Source: an uncultured Gammaproteobacteria bacterium
Lineage (GTDB): Bacteria > Pseudomonadota > Gammaproteobacteria > JAADHQ01
NCBI GenBank assembly: GCA_947258755.1
Contig: CAMYJO010000010.1
Span: forward strand, 36,814-100,813
Length of the DNA stretch: 64,000 nucleotides
Reading direction: 5' to 3'
The translations under genes and the position numbers were made by a program. A model generated the notes under the pieces. It was given only the letters and a program-made list of their open reading frames with translations. It was not told the DNA's origin and made no database searches. Positions 19,303 through 29,086 of this stretch are shown here, piece by piece (position 1 is the first letter of the stretch; every line of letters begins with the position of its first letter).

Positions 19303-21750
19303 ATGACAAATAAGCCTTCAGCAGACACCACTGAACTCCGCCACTATATTCGTGCCAACAAAAATGCTTCGGAACGAGAAATTATCGTCGAAGAGGTTCG
19401 GGCTGGATCTGCATCTTTTGATTTCCTCAAAAAGATGGAAAACCGACGCAAGCGCCATGAATGCGTTCGTACGGTCGACATGCGCGGCAAAGTACCTTAC
19501 GAATGTAAAAGTTATGTACATAAAAACCAGGTCTTCTGGATGGATGACATATCCTATTCGATATTTTTGAAAGGACTAAAGAATAACAGCAATATCTTTA
19601 CCAATGAGATCTTTGACCAAATAGTCAATGGTGATCATACCAACCATAAAAGTAATAAAGCAGCCGCCGACATGTCCGCGCAGGGCGGTAATAAGCAGGG
19701 CTCAGGAACACTCGAGCAGCAGGCCAGTGAGTCTTTTCTTGATGAGGAAAAATTCAGGATTGAAGGCGATGAAGCGCATTTACTATATCTAGGTTATTAC
19801 CGTAAGCGTGTCGACAATCGGCTCAAGCATACCACCGAGATCAGTATTAATAGTGGCGGTGATAATGTTGTCGCCAAGACCAAGGATATATCCTCTAGTG
19901 GCTTCAAGGCTGCCTACCAAAAACCGATTCTGATGAATCCTGGTGATGAAATACTGGTGACCTATAACTCGTTTAATAAATCCAGTCAATCTGACCTGGT
20001 TAACATTAGATATCAGATCATCAGTAGCGATTATCAAGAACCTGATTTCATTATTCGTGCGCGACTGGTTGATGAAGAAGATAGTGCCGCTGAATTTATT
20101 ACCGAATTCATAAAGGAACAGAAAAAGAATATCAAAGGCCGGAGAAAAATTGACATAGAAGACACTCGCCTAACAGCGGAATCATTATTAACAGAGTTAT
20201 ATTATACCAATACGACACCAACGATACCGTTTTTCATCCGATCTACAGACAATAGTCCCAGCCTGCAAACTATTTGCGTTAATAGCATTAATAAATCAAT
20301 GATTCAATGTTTTAAAAATAGCAATGATTGTTTTGACTTCACTAATCTATCAGTCCAGTCTCGCATTGAGAAGTTAATCGAAATTGTCCAGGAAGATGGT
20401 CAAAAAGATCCTTTGTTAGCCGTATATTCAGATAAAGACGGCTCGCCAAAGGTTATGTTTGATTATGAATTTGAAACATTTGAAAATTGGCAGGCCTTTA
20501 TACTGGATAAAATAAATAATAAAAATCTACACCTTTTCAAAGTCATCATTCGTTCAGTAAGTAAGCCTGATCAAAGAAAACTGGATCAGAAAATTGCTAA
20601 ATTAAAAGCCAAAGCCGAGTCTTCTGTTGACAGCATTCTCGATTTCTCTGAGCATATTCAAAAGGCAGGGGTATTGCTTGACCTGACAGCAGAACTTTCT
20701 GCGTCACTAAGAAATAGTAAATTTGATTTAGATAATTTGCAAGAAGCAACTCAATGTGTAGAAACCTACGAAAATATGAGTGGTACCGATGTAGAAATAA
20801 TTCAGTTTGGTTATACCGAGCAACGGCGCGAAGATAGATACCATGTATCAGTCGATGCTGAAGTGCAATTAGAAACACAAAAATGCAAGGCAGTTACCAA
20901 GGATATTTCATTAAAAGGACTTTGTGTTGAACTCAATACAAACAACATGACGGGGTTTAAAAAAGGTAGCGAGGTTAGGGTCGATTTCCCGGTCTTGCAT
21001 AAAAGGGCTAAAGAACGAATCAAGCTTATTGATATGCCGTATACGATTACCTGCGTGCAGTATGTAAACGGTAAACCTATCCTGCACTTTAAGCGAGAAA
21101 AAACCAAATACTGGAATGAACAGACTGGATTTTTCAAGGACATGATTAATAGAAATATTAAGCTGATCAAGCTAGATACCAAGGATATAGAAACAGCGAC
21201 TAAATCCAGGCTCATTTCCAGTATTGCAGTCGAGAATACCGCTACTCTGCCAATCTTTATTAGCAAGAATATAGAAGAGGGTGGCAAGGTTGCCAATATC
21301 GCCTTGCCGCCAACGCCAGGCGACCTGACAGATTTTTTTGAGGTTGAACCAGGCGTGTACGATTTTAAACCGTTAACCCATCCGAACAGGTTATCGAAAT
21401 TATCAAATAATATAAGGAATCAGCAGGTATCGAACCTGATCGTTTATATGTACAAGAAACAGGTACCAGGTATCGCTAAATTTAATATTTATTCCGCGAT
21501 CGATAGTGATTTTGAAAGTAAACAACAACGACAGGACTTTATGCGTACATGCCAGGAGCATGATTACTGCGTTGTCAAAATCAGCGTCAGTATGGCGCAG
21601 AAGCCGGTCGAAACCGAAATTGTTAGTGCTATGGAAAAACTTCTGGACACCGCGGCACACAATGTGCAGCGACTTCAGACACAATTCAACAATGTCATTG
21701 CTATAGGCGATATATCCGATATATCCAGTCAGATCGATATAAGTCACTAA
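19303..21750 (+). CDS. Large cytoplasmic protein (815 aa) with two PilZ-like c-di-GMP-binding motifs
   Basis: First motif pair at about residues 165-200: 'RKRVDNR' (RxxxR) then 'DISSSG' (DxSxxG). Second at about residues 505-540: 'RREDR' then 'DISLKG'. The rest has no motif I recognise. Confidence 0.6.
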   Translation: MTNKPSADTTELRHYIRANKNASEREIIVEEVRAGSASFDFLKKMENRRKRHECVRTVDMRGKVPYECKSYVHKNQVFWMDDISYSIFLKGLKNNSNIFTNEIFDQIVNGDHTNHKSNKAAADMSAQGGNKQGSGTLEQQASESFLDEEKFRIEGDEAHLLYLGYYRKRVDNRLKHTTEISINSGGDNVVAKTKDISSSGFKAAYQKPILMNPGDEILVTYNSFNKSSQSDLVNIRYQIISSDYQEPDFIIRARLVDEEDSAAEFITEFIKEQKKNIKGRRKIDIEDTRLTAESLLTELYYTNTTPTIPFFIRSTDNSPSLQTICVNSINKSMIQCFKNSNDCFDFTNLSVQSRIEKLIEIVQEDGQKDPLLAVYSDKDGSPKVMFDYEFETFENWQAFILDKINNKNLHLFKVIIRSVSKPDQRKLDQKIAKLKAKAESSVDSILDFSEHIQKAGVLLDLTAELSASLRNSKFDLDNLQEATQCVETYENMSGTDVEIIQFGYTEQRREDRYHVSVDAEVQLETQKCKAVTKDISLKGLCVELNTNNMTGFKKGSEVRVDFPVLHKRAKERIKLIDMPYTITCVQYVNGKPILHFKREKTKYWNEQTGFFKDMINRNIKLIKLDTKDIETATKSRLISSIAVENTATLPIFISKNIEEGGKVANIALPPTPGDLTDFFEVEPGVYDFKPLTHPNRLSKLSNNIRNQQVSNLIVYMYKKQVPGIAKFNIYSAIDSDFESKQQRQDFMRTCQEHDYCVVKISVSMAQKPVETEIVSAMEKLLDTAAHNVQRLQTQFNNVIAIGDISDISSQIDISH

Positions 21751-21822
21751 AATTCATTAAAAAGTCAGTATCTTCCCGGGACGTAAATCACCAGGATATT
21801 AGCAATATCTTATGTTATAATC

Positions 21823-22260
21823 TTGCGCAGTTTTTTCAAGAATGTAAGGATCGATATGTATACAGCCGCAATGACATATGAAGACAAGGGCACCCTTGCC
21901 GGTATGATCATTCAATTGCTGGATACATGGGAAATAGACTCCGCCAAACAGATTGTATTTCTTTCCCTGCCCGAGAAAACACCCTTACGCGCTATCAGAA
22001 AATACCGACAGAACACCCCATTTCCTGAAAACGATATCCTCATGGAAAAGATTGAGCATATCATCGGCATTGCTGATGCCTTGCGTACGACCTACCCGCG
22101 TAACAGCCAGATGGGTGCGCAATGGATGAACAAACCACATCGTCGCTTTGGCGGCCGCACACCTGTTAATATAATGCTGAACGAAGGTATCAGTGGTTTT
22201 ATAGCAGTACGTTCACAACTTGATTGTGCATTCGCCTGGGAAACCTCTCAGCAGATCTAA
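21823..22260 (+). CDS. Xre/MbcA/ParS-like antitoxin-family protein (DUF2384-like C-terminal domain)
   Basis: The C-terminal 'WMNKPHRRFGGRTPVNIMLNEGISGFIAVRSQLDCAFAWE' resembles the DUF2384 signature ('W...pn..lgG.tPl.ll.t..G...v...L.ri..G'). Confidence 0.45.
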   Translation: MRSFFKNVRIDMYTAAMTYEDKGTLAGMIIQLLDTWEIDSAKQIVFLSLPEKTPLRAIRKYRQNTPFPENDILMEKIEHIIGIADALRTTYPRNSQMGAQWMNKPHRRFGGRTPVNIMLNEGISGFIAVRSQLDCAFAWETSQQI

Positions 22261-22265
22261 CCCTT

Positions 22266-22841
22266 ATGCCGACATTGCCACAGGGTCATCATCTCTATCT
22301 TTATTGCGTAAACCTGGATTACTTCCCAAGCGACTATGACGATTTTATCAGCAACTGCCAAAGGCATGGACTGTTGGCGGAGGCCAGTGCTAATTTAGGA
22401 CCCAATCACTACCTGATTGGTGATAATTTTCTTCAATATGTCAGCTTCCTTGGCTGCTCACCTTATCTTAAGGTCTATCCAGAACATGCTGACGATACCG
22501 ATTATTGCAGCGCATACATACCTGACAAAACGCAAGCGGTCAGATTTCTCGCTAACAAGCAAGTGACTGCGCCACGATGCCCAACCTGTAAAAGATCAAT
22601 TCAGCCTGAATATAATCTCGTTGAAGCATGGCAGAAAGATAAAAACAATAGCGCCATCCAGTGCCAATATTGCAATACCACAAGTACGCTATATGAACTG
22701 GACTGGCGAAAGAATGCCGGGTTTTTTAATTTCGCCATTGCCATATCGAACATATTCCCGAAAGAGGCGATACCGAGCCAGGACCTGCTTGATTGGCTGC
22801 AAGATATTAGCGGTTATGAATGGCGCTATTTTTATGCGTAA
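22266..22841 (+). CDS. Hypothetical Cys-rich protein with zinc-ribbon-like CxxC...CxxC pair, possible partner of the preceding gene
   Basis: The ATG at 22266 is 5 nt after the stop of the antitoxin-like gene. The ORF track places a longer overlapping start at 22224. Contains 'CPTCKRS...CQYCNTTS'. It lacks an obvious R-E-S triad of RES toxins. Confidence 0.4.
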   Translation: MPTLPQGHHLYLYCVNLDYFPSDYDDFISNCQRHGLLAEASANLGPNHYLIGDNFLQYVSFLGCSPYLKVYPEHADDTDYCSAYIPDKTQAVRFLANKQVTAPRCPTCKRSIQPEYNLVEAWQKDKNNSAIQCQYCNTTSTLYELDWRKNAGFFNFAIAISNIFPKEAIPSQDLLDWLQDISGYEWRYFYA

Positions 22842-22986
22842 TACTTACGCTGCACCTTTATTGCAGGCACCTATGCTTAAGTCGTCATCACGAGGACACT
22901 TGCATGGAAGTAGGTGTTAAAGCGACGCCTGGAGCCAATGCCGATCATTTTTCGCGGCGCGGTGATCTGTTAGTACCAGTCATGGG

Positions 22987-23574
22987 TCATAAACAGCGCT
23001 TCAACACCTGTAAGGCTTTATTAATTTCCTGTAGCCGCGATGTATCCCCACCACGATCCGGATGATGTCTCATCACCATTTTGCGGTATTGTTTAGTCAA
23101 AGAGTCGCTATCGAAAGTCCCTTCAATTTCAAGAATCTCCATGGCCGACTCTTTATCGCCAATGACCAGAAATGAACTCCAAAAATGAGTAAACATATCG
23201 TCGACATCTTCCTGGGTGGTGTTGTCGAGATTACTGGCATCCAGATAATATTCGCATAGCGGATCGGGTTCATCCAATTGCGTATCATCACTATCGGTGT
23301 AGGGCAGAATACAAATTTTCAGCGGAGAAATAACAAGATGACCGGTTTTGGTTTCCCATAATTCCTGCCGGAGCAGGTACAAATTATGGAATATGATGAA
23401 ATGGATGGTAAATAGCTTGTGCGTATCCCGAAAAAGATCATCGACATCATCGCCTAATATCATTTCTTTGATGGATTGGATCACGTCATACTCACTCATG
23501 CCATCATCATGACTGCTAAGCAACTCGAGCAGTATGTTCTGTATAATCCCTGTTTGTTTTTCTAAATCTAGCAT
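22987..23574 (-). CDS. DnaJ-related protein with C-terminal J domain
   Basis: The C-terminus 'YRKMVMRHHPDRGGDTSRLQEINKALQVL' contains the HPD J-domain motif. The N-terminal roughly 130 aa resembles the 'DNA-J related' domain architecture. Confidence 0.65.
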   Translation of the reverse strand: MLDLEKQTGIIQNILLELLSSHDDGMSEYDVIQSIKEMILGDDVDDLFRDTHKLFTIHFIIFHNLYLLRQELWETKTGHLVISPLKICILPYTDSDDTQLDEPDPLCEYYLDASNLDNTTQEDVDDMFTHFWSSFLVIGDKESAMEILEIEGTFDSDSLTKQYRKMVMRHHPDRGGDTSRLQEINKALQVLKRCL

Positions 23575-23651
23575 AGCCTTGAGTGAGCCAACCTTGTCAG
23601 CAGTTATTAGGTTAATATAGTATCGAATAGATCTGTATTGGAATATAGCAA

Positions 23652-24485
23652 ATGAGCACTATAATACTGAGTCATATTTTCATTTACCCGGTCAAATCGC
23701 TTGCCGGGATAGCGCTTGATACGGCCAATATAACGCCATTAGGGCTGGAATACGATCGCCGTTGGATGATCATCGATCAGCAGGGCCGATTCGTCACCCA
23801 GCGTCTGTATCCTCAGCTATCCCAGATCACTACGGCAATTGAGTCTGATACCATCATACTCACGGCTGCCGATGGATCCACAACCCATTTGCCCTTGCAA
23901 CTCGATGCAGGCTCGATGGTCAGTACACGGGTATGGAAAGACAGCGTTGATGCCCTTGTGATGACGTCTGCACAAAACCAGTGGATCAGTCACTTTTTAG
24001 GTAAAGAATGCCGTTTTGTGTATATGCCTGATTACAGTATGCGCCCGGTCGATCAAGATTATGCGCTTTCAGATAATGACCTCGTGAGTTTTGCCGATGG
24101 CTTTCCATTCCTGCTGATCTCTGATGAGTCACTGGACGACCTTAACCAACGCCTGCAACATAAAAGTATCTTACCAGTGCCAATCCAACGATTCCGCCCG
24201 AATCTGTTCGTACGTGGCTGCACACCCTATGCAGAAGATGGCTGGAAATCATTCAAAATCGGTGGAAATCTATTTCATGGCGTGAAACCCTGCTCCAGAT
24301 GCATTATGACTACCGTCGATCCGGCTACCGGTCAAAAGGGCAGGGAGCCACTCGATACTCTGCTGGAATACCGAAAACGTGGCAATCAGGCCTATTTTGG
24401 TCAAAATGTATTGCTGGATCTGGATTTCGACAACACACTGACGTTAACGAGTGGCGACCCTTTAAACGTTATCGAATCAAGCTGA
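23652..24485 (+). CDS. MOSC domain protein (YcbX-like)
   Basis: MOSC N-terminal beta-barrel start 'IFIYPVKSLAGIALD'. MOSC core 'RFRPNLFV....C.RC.MTTVDPATG'. Confidence 0.8.
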   Translation: MSTIILSHIFIYPVKSLAGIALDTANITPLGLEYDRRWMIIDQQGRFVTQRLYPQLSQITTAIESDTIILTAADGSTTHLPLQLDAGSMVSTRVWKDSVDALVMTSAQNQWISHFLGKECRFVYMPDYSMRPVDQDYALSDNDLVSFADGFPFLLISDESLDDLNQRLQHKSILPVPIQRFRPNLFVRGCTPYAEDGWKSFKIGGNLFHGVKPCSRCIMTTVDPATGQKGREPLDTLLEYRKRGNQAYFGQNVLLDLDFDNTLTLTSGDPLNVIESS

Positions 24486-25358
24486 GGCTAGCAGGCAACC
24501 ATCGCTGAACTGAATCAGGTATTGAGAATCTGTCGGGCTGAAGTCTGCATGCCGGCAAGAACCCATTGAATAATCAATTGCCTTCCTGATCTCTGTCTCC
24601 TTGTTATTGCTTATGATCTTATAGGCTTGCTGCCAATGCATGGTGCCGTGAATGAAATTGAATGCACGCCGGACCTGCCAATCGCCTTCAATCGTAAATT
24701 GTGCCAGCCCTGGCCAGGAGTAGTAACTGGAGGCCTGCTCATTTTGGGCAATGGCAGGCAGTCGATTGCTGGAAACGCTGGCAAGCAGTAACCTGAGTTG
24801 ATCCACTGCCGCCCTGGCCAATAACTTTGTTGCCTGCTGAGCGCTAATACCATCACTGAGAGTGACTTGCTGCTGTAAAACGATGTTGCCGGTATCCAGG
24901 CCTTCATCAATTTCATGGATGCTGATACCACTGTTTATATCACCATAATAGAATTGCCAGAACAATGGCATCGGCCCACGATAGGCCGGTAACAGGGATG
25001 GATGAACATTGTAGGCACCCTTGGCAGGGTGCTGGAAAACGACTGCAGGTAAGCGATAGGGGAAGCAGGCAACGATGACAATATCAGGCTGAGATTGTGT
25101 GATGGCTTGTTGGTATTGTTGTGGATCTTTGCCGCTGACATAGAATAACGGTATTTGATGAAACCTGGCCATGGATTCAATAGAGTCAGTATTCAATACA
25201 TCCAGGCTGTTTTGCGTGTTTAGTTGTTGGGTAATGGCTGAGCGACCGGGCAAAACGATGCCATTGAAGCGAGTGCCATCAGCCAACAGAGACTCGAACA
25301 CCAGCCTTGAAAGAAGACCTTCCATAACAAATAGCAGGACACCATCATTGTTATTCAT
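24477..25358 (-). CDS. fmt: Methionyl-tRNA formyltransferase-like protein (Fmt family), short/divergent
   Basis: Formyltransferase motif 'NVHPSLLPAYRGPMPLFW' (compare Fmt 'N.HgSLLPrwRGaaPI'). An ATG at 25358 lies 5 nt downstream of the def stop, the classic def-fmt arrangement. The ORF track extends to 25514 and overlaps def. Confidence 0.65.
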   Translation of the reverse strand: MNNNDGVLLFVMEGLLSRLVFESLLADGTRFNGIVLPGRSAITQQLNTQNSLDVLNTDSIESMARFHQIPLFYVSGKDPQQYQQAITQSQPDIVIVACFPYRLPAVVFQHPAKGAYNVHPSLLPAYRGPMPLFWQFYYGDINSGISIHEIDEGLDTGNIVLQQQVTLSDGISAQQATKLLARAAVDQLRLLLASVSSNRLPAIAQNEQASSYYSWPGLAQFTIEGDWQVRRAFNFIHGTMHWQQAYKIISNNKETEIRKAIDYSMGSCRHADFSPTDSQYLIQFSDGCLLASA

Positions 25359-25905
25359 TGCTACTATCACAGGGGGCAGCTTGGTAACGACCATGTAGCT
25401 GAAGTTCCTCAATGAAACCAAATTCAGCGAGGTTCTCAATCCTTTGCGGATAAAGGATACCGTCAAGATGATCGCATTCATGCATGACAACACGGGCATG
25501 AAAACCTTCAACATCTCTTTCGATCACCTGGCCTTCCAGGTCAATGCCGGTATAGCGGATCCTGCTCGGCCTTGGCACTCGACCACGCATACCGGGAACG
25601 CTCAGGCAGCCTTCCCAGTCAGTGAGCTTTTCAGTCGACAGGATTTCGATGCTGGGATTGATTAACACTGTTTCTGGTACCGATTCTGCGGACGGGTAAC
25701 GTGGGTTATGCTCAAAACCAAATATGACGACCCTGGACAATACCCCAATTTGGGGGGCGGCCAGACCAGCGCCCTCGTAATGATGCATGGTATCGAACAT
25801 ATCCTCAACCAGACGTCTGATCTCAGTTGAGCATGGATCATCAACAAGCAGGCTGATCTTGTTTAAGCTCGGATCTCCAATACGTAAGACTGTCTGTATG
25901 GCCAT
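25351..25905 (-). CDS. def: Peptide deformylase
   Basis: All three PDF motifs are present: 'GLAAPQIG', 'EGCLSVPG', 'HECDHLDG'. Confidence 0.9.
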   Translation of the reverse strand: MAIQTVLRIGDPSLNKISLLVDDPCSTEIRRLVEDMFDTMHHYEGAGLAAPQIGVLSRVVIFGFEHNPRYPSAESVPETVLINPSIEILSTEKLTDWEGCLSVPGMRGRVPRPSRIRYTGIDLEGQVIERDVEGFHARVVMHECDHLDGILYPQRIENLAEFGFIEELQLHGRYQAAPCDSSNE

Positions 25906-26035
25906 TATTCGTCCTGTTCAAACGTTACTAATGTAGGCGACTATCGCGCTAAAAATATATATAATATATCTGATTATCATATAGACCTTGCTTGTCGATA
26001 TTATATACCCCAGAGACTTACGAATAATATAAATC

Positions 26036-26383
26036 ATGAACCTGTTTACCGTAACTGCGCCTCTGACGATACGCTATCCCAATGGCGACAAAAAAATCAT
26101 GATCGCGATATTCAAGCATCAAGACGGGCTACTTTTCTTCGAGCCTTTCTGGCACATACTTGGACTCGATAATGCTGTACACCTAATCAAAGGTGAATTG
26201 TCTGGTGAGGGCCCATGGAAAATTGCCGGCCACATCATAACAGTAACCGCCTGTCAGGGCACAGACCCTGAAATGGCATCACAATTATCTGAATGGCAGG
26301 CATTTTTGAGTATGCCTGAAAGCGAGTATCCGAGTAATGATGAAATAAGTTACCTCGCACAGAAACTTGGCGCCAGCATATAA
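26036..26383 (+). CDS. Hypothetical protein (115 aa)
   Basis: ORF with complex sequence. No motif recognised. Confidence 0.35.
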   Translation: MNLFTVTAPLTIRYPNGDKKIMIAIFKHQDGLLFFEPFWHILGLDNAVHLIKGELSGEGPWKIAGHIITVTACQGTDPEMASQLSEWQAFLSMPESEYPSNDEISYLAQKLGASI

Positions 26384-26403
26384 GTTTCATTCAATTGTAC
26401 AAT

Positions 26404-27081
26404 TCAATGAGAGTCTTGTTGTAGTGTTTCATAAGGCAGGCCAGACGTCTTCCACTCTGGATAGCCATCTTGCAAGCGACGGGCTTTGAGTCCCGCACTA
26501 CGCAGCCTGGATACAGCATCATAAGCGAGTACACAATGTGGGCCACGACAATAGGCGACAATTTCCTGATCCGGCTCAAAGGCATCCAGATGTTCTTCCA
26601 GGTCGGACAACTGGATGTTGATCGCACCCGGTACATGTCCGGCCGCGAATTCTTCCTCGGGACGTACATCCAGCACGGTCACCATTCCTTGCCGGGCCCT
26701 GGACATCAGTTCCTCACGAGGAACAGGTTCCAGATCATCCTTTACCGTTAAATATGTGTTCACCAGTTTATCCACTTCAGCCAGATGTCGTTCTGCGACA
26801 CTACGCAGGGCATCCAGTAAATAGAGGACATCATCACCACTCAAACGATAGTATACCTTCAGACCCTGTTTTCGACTTTCAACCATGCCGGCCTCACGTA
26901 ACTGCTGTAGGTGTTGAGATGTATTGGCTACACTGAGCCCTGCAACTTTGGCAAGATCATCAACACTACGCTCACTTTGTGCCAGGAATTCTAATAATTC
27001 TAAACGATTACCATTGCTTAGTGTCTTACCGACACGGGCAAACTGGGAGAACAGTTTCTGTTTAAATCCCTTGCTTGACAT
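26404..27081 (-). CDS. ArsR-family transcriptional regulator fused to a C-terminal rhodanese domain
   Basis: ArsR helix-turn-helix 'LELLEFLAQSERSVDDLAKVAGLSVANTSQHLQQLREAGMVESRKQG'. Then rhodanese 'LDVRPEEEFAAGHVPGAINI...IVAYCRGPHC'. Confidence 0.8.
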   Translation of the reverse strand: MSSKGFKQKLFSQFARVGKTLSNGNRLELLEFLAQSERSVDDLAKVAGLSVANTSQHLQQLREAGMVESRKQGLKVYYRLSGDDVLYLLDALRSVAERHLAEVDKLVNTYLTVKDDLEPVPREELMSRARQGMVTVLDVRPEEEFAAGHVPGAINIQLSDLEEHLDAFEPDQEIVAYCRGPHCVLAYDAVSRLRSAGLKARRLQDGYPEWKTSGLPYETLQQDSH

Positions 27082-27186
27082 ATTTCACCTGTGCTTTAAT
27101 ATATCTATTCAAGTATTTGCTTGAATAGTAGAATAAACAAATTTAAGTATATCATGTCATAAGTAGTCTGCAATGAGGGTAAATAA

Positions 27187-28053
27187 TTGACTATTGAAAC
27201 ATTTATTCTAGATAACGAGAAAGACATCAGAATGGGGTTTTTCTTCGGTATCCTGGTGATTATGGCTATCTGGGAAATCATCTCACCTAGACGTAAGCTG
27301 ACTATCTCAAAGCCCATACGCTGGATCAACAACCTGGCATTGGTATTTCTTAACAGTTACATCGTCCGTTTCTTGTTTCCAATGGCAGCAATTGGCGTCG
27401 CCGTGTTTGCCAAAGAGCAGGGCTGGGGTCTGTTTAACTATTATCAGGTCACACCGATACTGGCTATCGTCGCTTCTGTTGTGATAATGGATTTTATTAT
27501 CTATTTGCAGCATGTCATGGTCCATGCTATCCCGATGCTCTGGCGCTTACACCGCGTCCACCATGCCGACATGGACTTTGATGTTACCACCGGTTCACGT
27601 TTCCATACGCTCGAAATCCTGTTGTCTATGGGCATCAAGTTCATCACTATCTTAGTCCTCGGGCCACCCATAATTGCCGTTATAATATTCGAGGTATTAC
27701 TCAACATGACGGCCATGTTTAATCATAGCAATGTTAAGATCCCGGTCGCTTTTGATCGTATACTGCGCTGGTTCGTTGTGACACCGGACATGCACCGCGT
27801 CCATCATTCGATTGAAGATGATGAAGCCAATAGTAACTTTGGCTTTAGCCTGCCCTGGTGGGATCGATTATTCGGAACCTATAAAGCCCAGCCGCGCGCT
27901 GGACACGAAGGTATGGTTATAGGTATCCATAAATTCCGTGACCCCAAACAGACTGCCTGGCTACCGGGCATGTTGATGTTGCCAGTTATTGGCAAAATGA
28001 GTGGCTATGTCATCAACCGTCGCATCTGGAATGAACCACAATCAAAGGATTAA
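27187..28053 (+). CDS. Fatty acid hydroxylase / sterol desaturase superfamily membrane protein
   Basis: His-box motifs 'HRVHHAD' and 'HRVHHS' plus multiple transmembrane segments. TTG start per the ORF track. Confidence 0.7.
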   Translation: MTIETFILDNEKDIRMGFFFGILVIMAIWEIISPRRKLTISKPIRWINNLALVFLNSYIVRFLFPMAAIGVAVFAKEQGWGLFNYYQVTPILAIVASVVIMDFIIYLQHVMVHAIPMLWRLHRVHHADMDFDVTTGSRFHTLEILLSMGIKFITILVLGPPIIAVIIFEVLLNMTAMFNHSNVKIPVAFDRILRWFVVTPDMHRVHHSIEDDEANSNFGFSLPWWDRLFGTYKAQPRAGHEGMVIGIHKFRDPKQTAWLPGMLMLPVIGKMSGYVINRRIWNEPQSKD

Positions 28054-28072
28054 TACAGGCGATGACTAAGAT

Positions 28073-29035
28073 ATGAAAACGCAATTAATCCGGCTCGCTT
28101 TACTTGTGATCGTGATAACCGGAATAGCACTGGTCGTCATCTATCGTGATAATCTGGATGCAGACGCACTGCAGTCATGGGTGGAATCTGCGGGTGCTGC
28201 AGCGCCACTGTTGTTCATGTTGATCTATATACTCGGAACAGTATTTTTTCTACCAGGCTCATTACTGACATTATTGGGCGGTGCCTTGTTTGGCCCGGTC
28301 ATGGGCACATTCTACAACTTGACGGCGGCAACCATCGGCGCCATGTTCGCGTTCCTGATTGCCCGTTACCTGGCCTCAGACTGGGTCGCCAATAAAACCG
28401 GCGGTCGCATCAAACAATTGATCAACGGTGTCGAAAATGAAGGTTGGCGATTTGTCGCCTTTGTCCGCCTGGTGCCATTGTTTCCGTTTAACTTGCTCAA
28501 TTATGCACTGGGGCTGACAAAAATTAAATTCTCCCATTACAGCATCACGACTTATATCTGCATGTTGCCAGGCGCCATTGCCTACACTTACCTTGGCTAT
28601 ATCGGCAAGGAAGCGGCCACCGGAGGAGAAGGACTCGTGCAGAAGGGGATGATGGCGCTCGCATTGCTGGCGATCGTTGCGTTTCTGCCGCGCTTGATAG
28701 GGAATCTGCGAAAAGGCTCGATGATTAGTATTCCGGAGCTCAAAAACAAACTCGATATGGGTGAAGATGTTCTATTACTGGATGTCAGGAGCAAGGAAGA
28801 TTTCTACGGCGAACAACAACACATCAAGGGTGCTACCAATATTCCGTTAAATGATTTGAAGCAATCACTGGGTGAGCTCGATGATTATCTTGAACGGCCC
28901 ATCGTGATAGTCTGCAGGACTGACCGCATGTCGGCCAAGGCCGCACAATTACTGGCGCAGCATGGCTTTGCTGACGTACATGTCGCCAGACAGGGTATGA
29001 CTGACTGGAACGCCAATCATTATCCAGTCGAATAA
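28073..29035 (+). CDS. DedA/TVP38-TMEM64 family membrane protein fused to a C-terminal rhodanese domain
   Basis: SNARE-associated/DedA core 'FFLPGSLLTLLGGALFG...ARYL'. Then rhodanese 'LLLDVRSKEDF...IVIVCRTDRMSAKAAQLL'. Confidence 0.75.
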   Translation: MKTQLIRLALLVIVITGIALVVIYRDNLDADALQSWVESAGAAAPLLFMLIYILGTVFFLPGSLLTLLGGALFGPVMGTFYNLTAATIGAMFAFLIARYLASDWVANKTGGRIKQLINGVENEGWRFVAFVRLVPLFPFNLLNYALGLTKIKFSHYSITTYICMLPGAIAYTYLGYIGKEAATGGEGLVQKGMMALALLAIVAFLPRLIGNLRKGSMISIPELKNKLDMGEDVLLLDVRSKEDFYGEQQHIKGATNIPLNDLKQSLGELDDYLERPIVIVCRTDRMSAKAAQLLAQHGFADVHVARQGMTDWNANHYPVE

Positions 29036-29086
29036 CCAGGATAAAGCGCTTCTAATGTCTATCAATACTTTATATGATAGAGCGCA

